Shown here piece after piece: positions 25,119 to 37,110 of a stretch of DNA of 64,000 nt. The notes beneath the pieces are model-generated. The model saw only the letters and a program-made list of their open reading frames with translations, ran no database searches and was not told the DNA's origin. Every line of letters starts with the position of its first letter. Position 1 is the first letter of the stretch. Source of the stretch: Antedon mediterranea (taxonomy: Eukaryota; Animalia; Echinodermata); NCBI RefSeq assembly GCF_964355755.1, contig NC_092680.1, positions 6,634,001 to 6,698,000 on the forward strand, written 5' to 3'. A program made the position numbers and the translations under genes.

Positions 25119-25960
25119 CTACAAAGATAGACAATGTATAAAAATAAGTCACTGGATGAAGTACCAGAGAAGATTTAAAATTGAATTGTGCAGGCCTATT
25201 GGTATACTGTACTCTAATGTTTTATTCATGGAATAAGGCAATTAAATAATAGCATGATAAACACTTTACAATATGCATCCACAACAAAGATGGACAAATT
25301 AAGCCAAGACTAATAGATACAAAAAAAAAATGACTCAAGGGTCAATTGTACTTTGACAGTTCTAAACAATTCTTAACCACAAGGTGTAACCATGGAGGTA
25401 TTTATAATACTTTTATGGTGTAACACCCTACTGACTATTAACTATTTTACAATAAAGATTTCAAGTCTATTATGATAACCACACAATTGAGAGGCAATAT
25501 TTAATTACATAGAAACGCAAACAATAGATCTATTGTCTGGTGTCCAGGATATTATTACACAATCGATACTCGCCTTCCCGGCGCTAAGACCTTAATTGCT
25601 TGAAGTTCACAACATTTTTAATACTATTTTCTGTTGACAAGTTTGTTAAGCCTCTGTAAATACGAACAGAAAACAAATTCCTCTTTCAATACTTTTAAAG
25701 CACTTGAACAGACAAAGCTATTGTCACTGGTTTAGGATAAAAGTCTACGAGTACACTTTGTAGCTACTGATCATTTAAAGCTATTCATAACCACAAAAAA
25801 ATACCTACGATTAATCATGTTTTATTGTTTATTTTGTAGTGTGAGAAAATTATACAAGGCTATGATGATTGATTTTGATTTAATAAATATATATATTTTT
25901 TGCCTGGCTAAAGACAAACAAAGAAATGTAATAAAAATTACTGTACACTATATATAAATG

Positions 25961-25986
25961 TGTATGTACAGTATACTGTACATACA
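25961..25986. repeat. Perfect 26-bp palindrome TGTATGTACAGTATACTGTACATACA
   Basis: Read directly; extends to ~38 bp with one mismatch; built from TACAGTA/TACTGTA. Confidence 0.85.
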
Positions 25987-26079
25987 AATTTACTTATTTT
26001 TTATAAAGATGAATTTCTTGTATTTTTATATAAACTAGTACATAACCGAAACTGTTATTAGTCACACAAGTCACAAATC

Positions 26080-28080
26080 AGTTTATTTGATCCAAAAGAA
26101 AAAAAAAATACAAAGCAAAAAATATACAAAAGGACCAGGGAGACTTCCATTAAGGCCAAAAGCCGCATGCATGGAAGCCACCCGAACATTTTAAATAATA
26201 TATAATTCTCATGTATATAATATAATTAAAAAATTAACAAATCATAACATTAACAAAATCATATCAGAACAGCTACAACCCATCTCTATTACATATATAA
26301 CAATTTTGGATATAACATACATCATCATATTCTGAAATAAAATTGGTTATCCGCACTTGGCGGATAACCCCTTGTTATTGTCAGGATCTTTTTTTTTTTC
26401 TTTTTTTTTTTCTTTTTTTTCTATTTTCTTCTTTCTTTCCAAGAATTTTGTTGCACGCATATCTCTAATTCTGGCTAACATAAGATTGTAAAACTTTGTC
26501 ATAAGATTGACCTATATCTGTAGATGTGCAAGAAATTTTGATTTTTGATTTTCGAGTCGCGCAGCGTAAGTTACGCGCGATTTTATGAATTTCAATGATT
26601 GATCATAGATTAAAAACCAAAAGTCATTTTGTATTGAAACTTGGTGAACATTTAAGTCATATCAAGCGCAAACTTTCTATGGATTAAAAATGGCAGGTTG
26701 CGTAAAAAGGTACGCGCGCACGCGCGTTTAAAATTTAAAAATGCGAAAATTCAACTTCTAATCAACTTTCTACGCGTTTCATGTCATTTTGGGCATTTCA
26801 AAAATTCCCACGCGTGCGCAATTTTTTTACGCGCGCGTGCGCCCGTAGCTCAAAAACAATTTTTTTTTGCTTGATTTTTGTTTTTCCAGCCTTTTCTAGT
26901 AATTTTACCAATTTTTATACAATTTCGACTTAATATCACGTCATACGAGCACGTAGAAATTGGCAATTTGCGCGCATTTTTGAAAAAAAAGTTCAGAAAT
27001 TCGTCAAAATTATGCCTTTTTTTAAACAGTCATAAATTCTAAACTACGTGGTGAACTTTTTTATAATTACATATTCTGGTAGTAGATGAGTTCCAGATAT
27101 CAAATCATGCATCAATATGGCTAACCGGACATTTTGACGTCATCATATGGCCACTCGAATATAAAATATAGGATTTTTGTCTCTTTCCTCGTAGCTCGTC
27201 ACATTTAATATAGCGCATCTCCACTTATTTGTATTCCATTTCCCCCCATTTTTTTTATGTTGTCTAGGTCTATCAATTATCTTTCGCAAGATTCACCATT
27301 TTAAAAATTGTGATGACGTCATCATGTTCAAAAGCGTCAATAACTTTGGTCACTTATTTTCACCTATTCTGCACTGTATGTAGTACGTATACAGTATATA
27401 GTGTATACCGTATATACTCAGACGTGACGAAAAATAAAGAGCACGCTGAAATTGTTTCAATTACTTAATCGTTTTTCTGCACGCAATATTCTAACGTATG
27501 ACGTGCACGTGGCTTTTGCCCTGCGGATAACCTAACTCGTCCGTAGTGACGAGTTCAAATCTAGTTATTTTTTAAATATGTAGAAAACAGTTTAAATTCC
27601 GAAATTAGGTGGAAATTGAAATTCAGTATTTTATTCCATTCATACTTTAAAAATTGTGATAGAAGGAAGATATGAAAAGGATAACTATACTTGATATAAT
27701 AAAAAATAAAATAATAATAAAAATACTTATTTGGAAATAAAAGAAGAATAAGCACTAAATAGAGAAGTATGGAAAGAAGACTATCTAGGGCGCGTTTATA
27801 CAACATGCTATTACATGCATATTCAACACGCCTACGAAAAGTGTTTTGTATAGAGATTCCTTGTAATGAGATTTTAATTGCAAAAAGGCTACTTGGCTGA
27901 ATCCTAAAATTTTGTGGATTCCTGGTTGTGTGTTGGAAGTGTCCTCGGGGTATTGTTTTGACCTCTCGTTAAATAAAAGTATGTGCTGTGAAAATGTTGA
28001 CCAAATCTAGGTGCTTTTTTCGCATATTTTAACCGATTTAGCACTTAACATTAATGCTAATCCAAATTAAAGACGTCATG
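26080..28080 (-). mobile_element. Decayed LINE (CR1/L2-group-like) 3' end, interrupted by the 26343-27565 element
   Basis: The - strand at ~27950-27770 gives HTTRNPQNFRIQP...YKRALDSLL, resembling a LINE ORF2 C-terminus. A T-rich 3'UTR-like stretch follows, and a stem-loop + AATAAA tail near 26185-26080. Confidence 0.4.
26343..27565 (+). mobile_element. Non-autonomous Helentron/DINE-like element (~1.2 kb)
   Basis: 5' GGTTATCCGC-actt-gGCGGATAACC hairpin, then a T-rich simple repeat and a CpG-rich core; 3' subTIR TGCGGATAACC, hairpin AACTCGTC-cgtagt-GACGAGTT, terminal CTAGT. Confidence 0.82.
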
Positions 28081-31000
28081 TTCAAATTTAGGGTGTTGTA
28101 TACCCACAGCCATAGACCTGCCAAATGGCAGATGTCAAGGTAGACAAGGTAGGTGACTTTAAAATCTAAATATTCATAGCTGTCCATCTATCATCATTAT
28201 ATATATACAGTATATATGCTGGCCTTAAGTAGTTTATGAGAGTCGCAAATTCACAGATCATTTATGAGTAATGAAGCAGAATTTTAACATACTGTTTGCA
28301 ACAATATCCCCTGTGACATCACCATTAGTGATAATATTATGCAACAGTCTATATACTATATTTCCATTTGGAAAGTAAAAATATCACAATATAATATTAC
28401 AGAGAGAGATATGTTTCTTCCATGATAGGATCATCAGAATATATTTATTTGAATTTAAATAATGATTATTATTTATGTTACTAGTTGATGTACAGGCATA
28501 AACAAATAGTTACAAATAATTTTTACAATTTACATTTTTATAACAGGTGAACTGATGCAATTTACAGTATTTTTATGTTAAAGAGAGAGATTGACAGGTG
28601 TTCGCTTAACACCTGGTATACGGAATATGCAACCAAATATAATTCTTATTAACATGAAGAAAATTGCACAAGGAGAAATTGGGTTTAAAATGTTAGTAAT
28701 CACAATTAAGTATAGGAAGTATGTAAAATAAATCTCCCTGGTATAACCACCTATGCCACAGTCAATCATTTATTAGCTCCACCCATTTAGAGGTCCATAC
28801 CACTGATTGGTTAATGGTTTTTTTCTTATAAAGGCATTTAGCTGTTTCATTGGAAATATAATGTTGGGATTATTCATACGGATTTCCTTCATTTTTCTAT
28901 ACAAAGGTTCTTCATTATACCAGGGAAGAGTTAAATTTAACTCTTCCCTGATTATACATTCACAATAACAAACTCAATAGTAAGCAGGAGAAACAGTTTT
29001 AAAATTATTCTTGTCAACATGTTTTTCTTGCTCAAGTCCACACAAAAAAAGAACCGATCTTCAATGGCTTCAAAGACAACATTGATTGAAAGATAGAAAA
29101 AAAACTACATAAACAACTGTAGCCTGTATTTTATTAGTTATAGCTTTATTTGGTTAGTTTTCAATTATTAATATTGATGATTAATGTAGACCAGTACATT
29201 ATATTGAGACCCTTGAGATGGACAGAGGTGTGATCGGAAGGAACAGCTTCTCAATATTATGGAAGACAGGATTGTATAGAAGAATTTAGTCAAATATACT
29301 AATTCATTCAATCCTTTTATTCAATTCTTTACAATAGATAACAAATATTACATTTTTTTAAAGGAAAATGGAATTTCAGAAGCACAGCAGCCTATAAAAT
29401 AATCATGTCAAAAATAAAATATCCTAAACTAAGGTAGTATTATGTTTTAGTATATATTCAGTATTTTATTCTTGAATTGAAGCATGACTGTAGTATATAA
29501 CACAATAACTAAAAGGACTACAATGTCAAAACAGAGTTTGAATGAATATATTGTGATAATAAAAAATACAAAAGAGTAGGCACATTATACTGGTAATAAT
29601 GAACGTCTTTAAAAAACACATTCAGATATAAAATCTATATTTGGATTATTTTCTAAAAATAACTGATAATACAACATCATATTGTTGACAATTTCAATAA
29701 ATGTGAAGAAAAAATAATTAAGTGCTGATAATATATTATTGCTGAATCAATAGCTATAAAAAGGAAACTAAATTTAGTTCAAAGCTGACAATGTTTCTAA
29801 GGTCACAAATCAAGCACAAATATTATCAATCTACACAAAAAGAATAATAGTTTATGTAATTAAAATATGTTCAAAAGGATTACAGTACAGTACAACATAT
29901 AGTTATAATAATTAATATTTTTCAACTGAAAAACACAGTGACATACAATGAATTATATATTTTTTTTACTGCGATAGGAGGAACCCGGGTGACAGAGACA
30001 CAGCTGGTGTTGACCAGACCGGTCGGTGAAAATGCCATGATTTTTAACTTCTCGATTTTTTTGGTTAAAAAGAGCAAGCATTTGCATGTTCTGTTAAAAT
30101 GTAACTTAAAGTTTCAAATAAAATCACGTAGTCACATGAATTGCGATCAAAAGCATCCATTTTGAAAAGAATTAGAACTGAATTAAAGCATAATCACATT
30201 CAGTCTTGATTTTCCAGCTCACTGATAAAACTAGGCATATAAAGACCTTCACATATTCTTTGCAGAGACCTTCCCCTGGGAGCCGTACAATTATTGGATA
30301 AGAAATTCAGTGCTCTAATCAGTATGCGTTGGTGCACTACATACATTTCATGCTTGGTTGATCTCCAATTATTAACATGTGAGATACCTAGGCCCATCGG
30401 GTGTTATAAGTCACTCGAAACAGCCATAACAACTACAATCGGCTACCTTTTCACGCTTGCTTAGCCAAGCTTAAAAGATAGCACATAGATTTCTAACGAA
30501 GGGTTAATTTCTAACACGGCACATACCATTATACTAAAGGGGTGGTCAGTATCAATCTGTACGATTACTTACAACGACACGTACATCACACAATTCAGTC
30601 TCTTACCCAGGGGTATTCACGAAACATATCCTCAGCCATTTCTGAAATTAAAAAAGATTTCGATCCAAGATAATGAGAAGTAATATTGGCAATCTCTCTG
30701 GATTTAGGCATTTGATACATGTAATTTAGAACGACAGCATGCTGGCTAATAATTCCAGTTCCATTTGACTGAAATGCAATTCTTTAAAATCTATTCAGGA
30801 CAAAAAAAAGAACGAAATTTACGACTTTGAAAAGTCAGATATACCTTAGCATTCATTATTTACAAAGTTTCACTATAATAACAACTTTATTTAAAAACGG
30901 ATGCAACACTTGGATCACCAGATTGGTGTTTTTCACAAGGCCGTTTACTTACTACCTATTTACACAAGTTATCATTTACAGTACATAATGATTAAAAAAA

Positions 31001-33222
31001 ACTATACAAAAAATGATTTTATTATACGGTATATGAAATATAATGTAAAAAATGACAATTCTTTGTCATAACTTCCTGAAATCATTTAAAAAGTGACACC
31101 TTTCTTTATATTTATATTGATGGTATTGTATATGTAAAAAATTTAAAACATGATATCAGCTGGAGAGACACCGTTTGGTGATAGTTTTGTTCTTGTCTCT
31201 TGTCAGTGCTCCCTTTTTGTGTTTCACTGAAAGGAATAAATAAAAATAAAATCTACAATACATAACAGAGTTACCATAACTATAATACATATCTAGTGGT
31301 TAAAAAATATATAGGCCTAAGTCAAAATATTTTACTGCAAGTAGATAATATTACAATATAGAAATTAACAACGTGGGTTATTAAGATTGTCAAGAGAGGA
31401 TTCAGAGGGAGCACGAGGGGCTACTTCACGATTAGTAATACTGTAGATGAGGCAGAGGCTTGGCAACACAAATTATATAAAGAGAATAACACAACATCAA
31501 TGGGATTTACTCGCTATGCATGACTGCACAACAATAAAGTAAAATTTTAACAAAATCACCTGGTTTGTCAGATTGCAATACTGATTTTGGCATAGTTTTA
31601 TGAGATGCTATTATTTTGTATGAATCACCACACGCATGAATACAGTTTAGTTTGTAATGCATGGAAGCACACGTTAAAAAAATACTAGTTGCCATCCAAC
31701 ATGCAGGTGAGGTTGAATATTTTATGGAAGAAATAATCAATGAATTGAAATGGAGACAAAAACACTGCACAGCAGTAATAACTGTCAATTAAAGTATTGA
31801 GCCACCAATAATAAGTTAGTAGGTGGAGCTTAAAGCTCAACCCTGGTGACTAATCACTGGTCTTGTTACTTAATTTACATATTAATTTTCTTTCTTACAT
31901 GTCAATCTTTTCCAGATACATCTGCTGTCAATAATTTTTCTGAATAATAATACTGCTTGAAATTCAAACAAAGAACAAACACACTGACATAGTCAGTATC
32001 AACTTTCCATAATATCAACAATGGTTCTAAAGCATGATTGGCCTACAGATGATAACATAGCAGATGCCTATAATAATCAAGAATGAAGTGCCTAAACCAT
32101 TATTCTTATCTCCATATAATAACCAATAAAAACAATACTGGACATATATCAGTAGTAGAAGCTGCATTATATTATTTTATACAATATACACACATTTCTC
32201 TTATTATAATAACATGTTTTTGTAATATAATATATAATTCTATAATAATTTATTCACTTATAATTTATTTATATTGTAATTTATTCACTTCAGATTTTTA
32301 TAATTATTTATAATCGTTATATAATAATTTATTCCTTTATATTGCACAGATTTCATTAACATTTTTGTGTAAAATGACAATATATTTCATAAAAAGATTT
32401 GAATAACTACTATTATTTTTGGTGTGTGCCACAATCAAAAGTAAAAATTAAATGTTACAAAACATAGATGTTATATTTATTTAGACAAACTATGCACAAA
32501 TACATTTAATTTTAAAGCATATCATATTAATATTTTATAAATACTAAAAGCAAGGAATTTATTTCTAGTTATTTTCTCACTAACTGCAGTTGCTATGTGA
32601 CTAATTGGTAATAAAATTAAGAAAAATCTATTCATATTTCAACAATAATATGATACTGAATTCAGAAAGACGAGTTTCTTATCTCATTAAAAGATTAATA
32701 AACTAATTAAATAATCGTGTTAACGGCGGAGAATCACCTCTCTCGCGACATTACACGGACCTGGCGATAATCATAACAAAGTTTTGAAATCATTCTGCTG
32801 AATTAGTTTGGATTACCCGTGCATTGCAACATACGGTCCAGTAGGCCGCTGGGGCTGATTCTTTGCGTATATCCACATAGTGAATCTGTTAATGGAATTC
32901 GTCAAAATAAAATGTACGTGAATTAATAGTACTTACAAAAGATGCGGATTGCTGTAGGTAATGCGGTAGGCAATCATTCATCTCTAGGGACCTTGGTTGA
33001 ACTAGACAATAAATTACAGACGGTATGTTTAATTGAAGGTCTCAAAATAAATGGTAAATATATAAGATTTACGATCATTAAATCTATTCTGATATTGCAC
33101 TTCAGTTATTAAGAATGAAAACCCCACCCTACATCACAGGTATGAATAAATTAAAAAACTGATCTTTTACTTCATACTCATACTGGCTGTTTTACCTTAT
33201 CGTTTTGATTTAGCTTTCTGCT

Positions 33223-33608
33223 TATTTTATTTTATATTTTTATTATTTTTATTTTATTTTTTATTTTTATTTTATTTAATCGAAACCAACAGCGATAATT
33301 ACCGCCACTAACAGGTTTGATACAAACAAAGCCAGGACTGTTTAAAGCACCTTGATTGGTCCTAACATTGATCAAGGGCTTCTCTCGTCCAGTGCCCACC
33401 TTGACCAGAGGTCTGAGGCAGATACTAGATGCAGGGGCTGCCATAAGAGTCAGCAGTGCTGATTTCAAATGCCTAACGGGACCCCAGCTCCGTATACAGC
33501 ACCCGTTATTCCCAGATGGTCTCCCATCCAAGCTCTAACCAGGCCCAACGTCGCTTAACTTCGGTGATCTGACGAGAACCGGTGTTTCAACGTGGTAAAG
33601 CCGTATAA
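33223..33608 (-). mobile_element. 5S rRNA-derived SINE (SINE3-type): 5S head + ~210-nt body + A-rich tail
   Basis: Near full-length 5S sequence runs on without a T terminator into a GC-richer body and an (AAAAT)n tail at 33277-33223. Confidence 0.8.
33490..33608 (-). rRNA. 5S rRNA-like sequence (head of the SINE; probably not a functional 5S gene)
   Basis: TACGGCTTTACCACGTTGAAACACCGGTTCTCGTCAGATCACCGAAGTTAAGCGACGTTGGGCCTGGTTAGAGCTTGGATGGGAGACC...GGGAATAACGGGTGCTGTA, with 5S A- and C-box motifs; solitary copy with altered ends. Confidence 0.7.
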
Positions 33609-33963
33609 ATAAGATTAATTGTATCTTCAATGAGATCCAGTCACTGATACCCTTAGTTTGTCGTTTATCAGCATGTTATCTATTTTAATCTGCTTAAAAA
33701 CATCCTATGACATATTATTCAAAGCGATGTTCACATTGAACCCATATTTGGTCAAGTGTTAGATTATTTGATTACACACATTTTGTACAGAATCTGGAAT
33801 GAGTATGAATTGTTCTATTCTTAAACACTCCCATCATTTTATTTCGGTCACTGGACCAGTCCCATGATGTCATAAAACACTAGTTTTTATATTGACAACT
33901 TTTAGTGATTATATTCATGTTCAACAAAAAACGACAACACAAATGTTTTTTACAACCTAAAAT

Positions 33964-34150
33964 ATATGTTGATATAAAGTTTGTGGTATACCATGTATAT
34001 TTAGTGCTGAAAAGAGGATGATCTTAGTATATTGATCGAAACGTTGAGAAACTCAATAGTTCTTTTCAGAACTAAACATACCTTCCTTCATGGTGTACCA
34101 CAAACTTGGTATTAACATATTGATTTCGCCATGCAAACCTTCAAACAATC
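33964..34150 (+). mobile_element. Penelope-like terminal-repeat remnant with inverted arms
   Basis: Arms 33964-34015 and 34061-34120 are inverted and flank GAGGATGATC...GATCGAAACGTT. A second copy of the right part lies in reverse orientation at ~53298-53398. Confidence 0.55.
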
Positions 34151-35562
34151 TAAACAATCTGAAGTAATATGAATTTTATTTTCCTATGATTTCTCAACGC
34201 AGGAAAACAAATTGGATGATATATATATTTTGTTGACATTTTCAGGTGATTTCAACATGTCATTTTTAAAATAACCTAGATAATAAATTCTTTAATGGAT
34301 AAAATATATAGTATGTGTATTTTAAGTGTGTACATTTTATTTGTCTCAAACAAACAAAAAGGTGAAAAAACTCAACAGACTATAAAGTCAATCGACGGTA
34401 ACAAAGACAGAGACTGGTTACAAGTTTAGTGTGATTGCATTGTATTTGTTGTCGGTTCATCAGTTTACTTTGAACGATGGTGATTAAAGCTGAATTGCCT
34501 GGATGCACTTCACTGAGCCAGGTTCGGGATGATAAACCAGAAGCTCATACTGTCAACTTTTCGCCTCAATGAATTTGACAATTTTTCAACACTTTAAAAC
34601 TTGCATATCGAATACATAACGTTATACAGATACATTTGATGGGCCCATTTTGTACACTGTTTTTACAATAGGGAATCCAGGAAAAATAGCAATTTTTTAA
34701 TGTTGTCATACTTACTAACCGTAACTATATCATCTTTATACAGAATAGTTTATGGAAAAAAATGGAAATCATTATGTTAATATAGGCTATTGTTTGAATA
34801 TCATTAATTATTCATTTAATATACCCGTAAAGAAAACTAGTATATTTGATTGTTGAACATAATAAATTCTCACTACCCTAGAACAGTATACTGTACCTTA
34901 TCTGCTTTAATACATTTGTAATATAATTAGCTTTCATTTCTAATTATTCATTTAAAGGAGGGAAGAAGAGAAATTTAAGTACTAATAATAATATTTATTG
35001 GTTACTTTTCTTTAAAACGGAGGAACACTCTCGTAACAAGAGGTTCGACCCATACAAAATGTTTACACAATATAGTCATACAGTAGTTATAATATATATA
35101 CAGATACAAAAAGTTAACAACGGTTCACAATTACAAAACATCAAGCAGCAAAAACAAGTAAACCTATATATTTTATTGTTGATTGAAATAAATTCTCACT
35201 ACTCCCAGATCAGCATAATTATTCCTTCACCTACATATGTAATAATAATGCATCATCGTTTCAATATCGGTAAACAGTGCTGTTTACAAAACAAACACTA
35301 CAGTAAAATGCAAATGAAGGTTCAGCAAACATAGACTAACAGACAAGAAAACAACTCTAGTCTTGGATGTAATTTGGTACTATTGACTATACATTTACTT
35401 AGGAAAACATCAATACAGTTTTAATACTGTTTGTGGTGATTCTGTAGTGATGTTTGCTTTGTCATTTAATATGTACCATACATATGTTACTTAAGTGGCA
35501 GTCTTATGACAGGAGTCGGCAAAGAGCAATATGCAGATTAAAAAAAAAAAAAATTCTAAAAT

Positions 35563-35666
35563 AGCTCTGTCTACACTATCAAACTCGTTTGAAAAAAAAG
35601 TGTGATGTACCCAAATATGGGCAAATCGCATTTTGTTGTCACATAAAGTTTGATAGAGACAGAGCT
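35563..35666. mobile_element. MITE, same family as 23444 (TWA-like flanks, possibly PIF/Harbinger)
   Basis: AGCTCTGTCTACACTATCAAACT ... AGTTTGATAGAGACAGAGCT. Confidence 0.7.
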
Positions 35667-36593
35667 TTAAGTTTGGTTCCCACTTGGCAACACAAGGGTA
35701 CATGCAACCCAAGTGAGTTGAACAATTTGGAGGGGTCCTTCACGCCATCATTCTTGTATTTCACTTTTGTTCTTGCATTGCATCCTAGTGGGAACCAAGC
35801 ATATAAAGGCCACCAAAACATTTTGGTGGGACCAGCGAAACATCCTCAAATCGAAGATTTAAAAAAAAATACTACCAGATAAACATTCGCCCTGAACAGG
35901 CATTAAAAAACTGGATAAGGAATGGTTAATTACGGATGTCCCTAGTACCGGTACTTAAATTATAAAATTTGAATGTTATGATAGAATAAATTAATTTAGA
36001 CAAAAAAAGAATGGAGATTTTTCTTTGATAATTCTCACCTGGAGTAATTATCACTCTATGCATACACGTAGTTCAGCTTTAACATTGTTCTTATACAATA
36101 ATTATTGTGCATAACCATGGAACTATAATATAAGACATAACAAACAAATCATAATCATTTTTTAGCACATCATATCAAAACCGATGAAGCGTATCAGCTA
36201 TGTCTATTTCTAGCGCCATAAGAATCAAACGTCTTATTTGATTGTCCTCATTTAAGCTAGCTTAGCTGGTGATGATTGATTTGTAAACACATTTTCACAA
36301 TGGTTGATGAAACTGGAGAACGAAGAAAAAAAAATTAATAAGGAGGTTTATTACTTCAAAGCTATATGGATTACTTATTAAGATGAAAAAAACAAAAGGA
36401 GAATATAGTTCAGAATATAGATTGTTAATTTCTAATTTTATATACCTAAATGCTTTGAGCATTAATTACAGAAAATGGGCCAAATAAAAAAAAAATGTAC
36501 TACAGTAGGTTCACATCCCTAAAAATGTGTTGTATTCTGTTATAATTTGAATTTGTACCTTTCTAAACTGATTTAAAACAAATAAAAGCTATG

Positions 36594-37110
36594 GGGTGGA
36601 TTGCTATAAGCGGTCTATAACCGGTCTTAGCGCTTAGCCGGCTATAATTCGTGACGTAGCAAGTAGTCTTATATTATAGACCATTGCTATACCGCGGTCT
36701 AACCTGTAAATGGTCTTTAAAATTAAAGCCTACTCGAAGGAGTCTTAAAACAGTCTTAAACCTCTTTTTTTGTTGCTTTTACGTATGATTTATCGTCAAA
36801 GATAACCAATTAAACGAGTTTTAAGTGTTAAATCAAATAATAACGGTGATTTTATTCTTATATAGGCCTAGAATAGATTTTCTCGCGTATAAATGTACGT
36901 ACTGTTATGATTGTGAATTGAACAAGCGTGACGAACATTACCTTATTTGGTATTCTACGCGCAAAGTACGCCCTCAATTTGTTACTTTACGTGGTCTTAT
37001 TTAAGACTGTTTTATAGCAATGGTCTAACAGGGGTGGCTTTAGTAAAACCGTCTATCTGATAAAGCCGGCTTTAATCGGGGAGTTAAGACTGTTTTATAG
37101 CAATCCACCC
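36594..37110. mobile_element. PIF/Harbinger-like MITE (517 bp)
   Basis: Perfect 16-bp TIR GGGTGGATTGCTATAA; 3-bp TSD ATG on both sides; internal GGTCTTA/TAAGAC subrepeats. Confidence 0.82.

Noticed and set aside
33232-33538. ORFs of 99 aa (-) and 60 aa (+)
   Set aside because: Chance ORFs across the 5S-derived SINE; no domain similarity recognised.
33490-33608. Functional 5S rRNA gene
   Set aside because: Solitary, altered terminal helix, no oligo-T terminator, fused to a body and A-rich tail.
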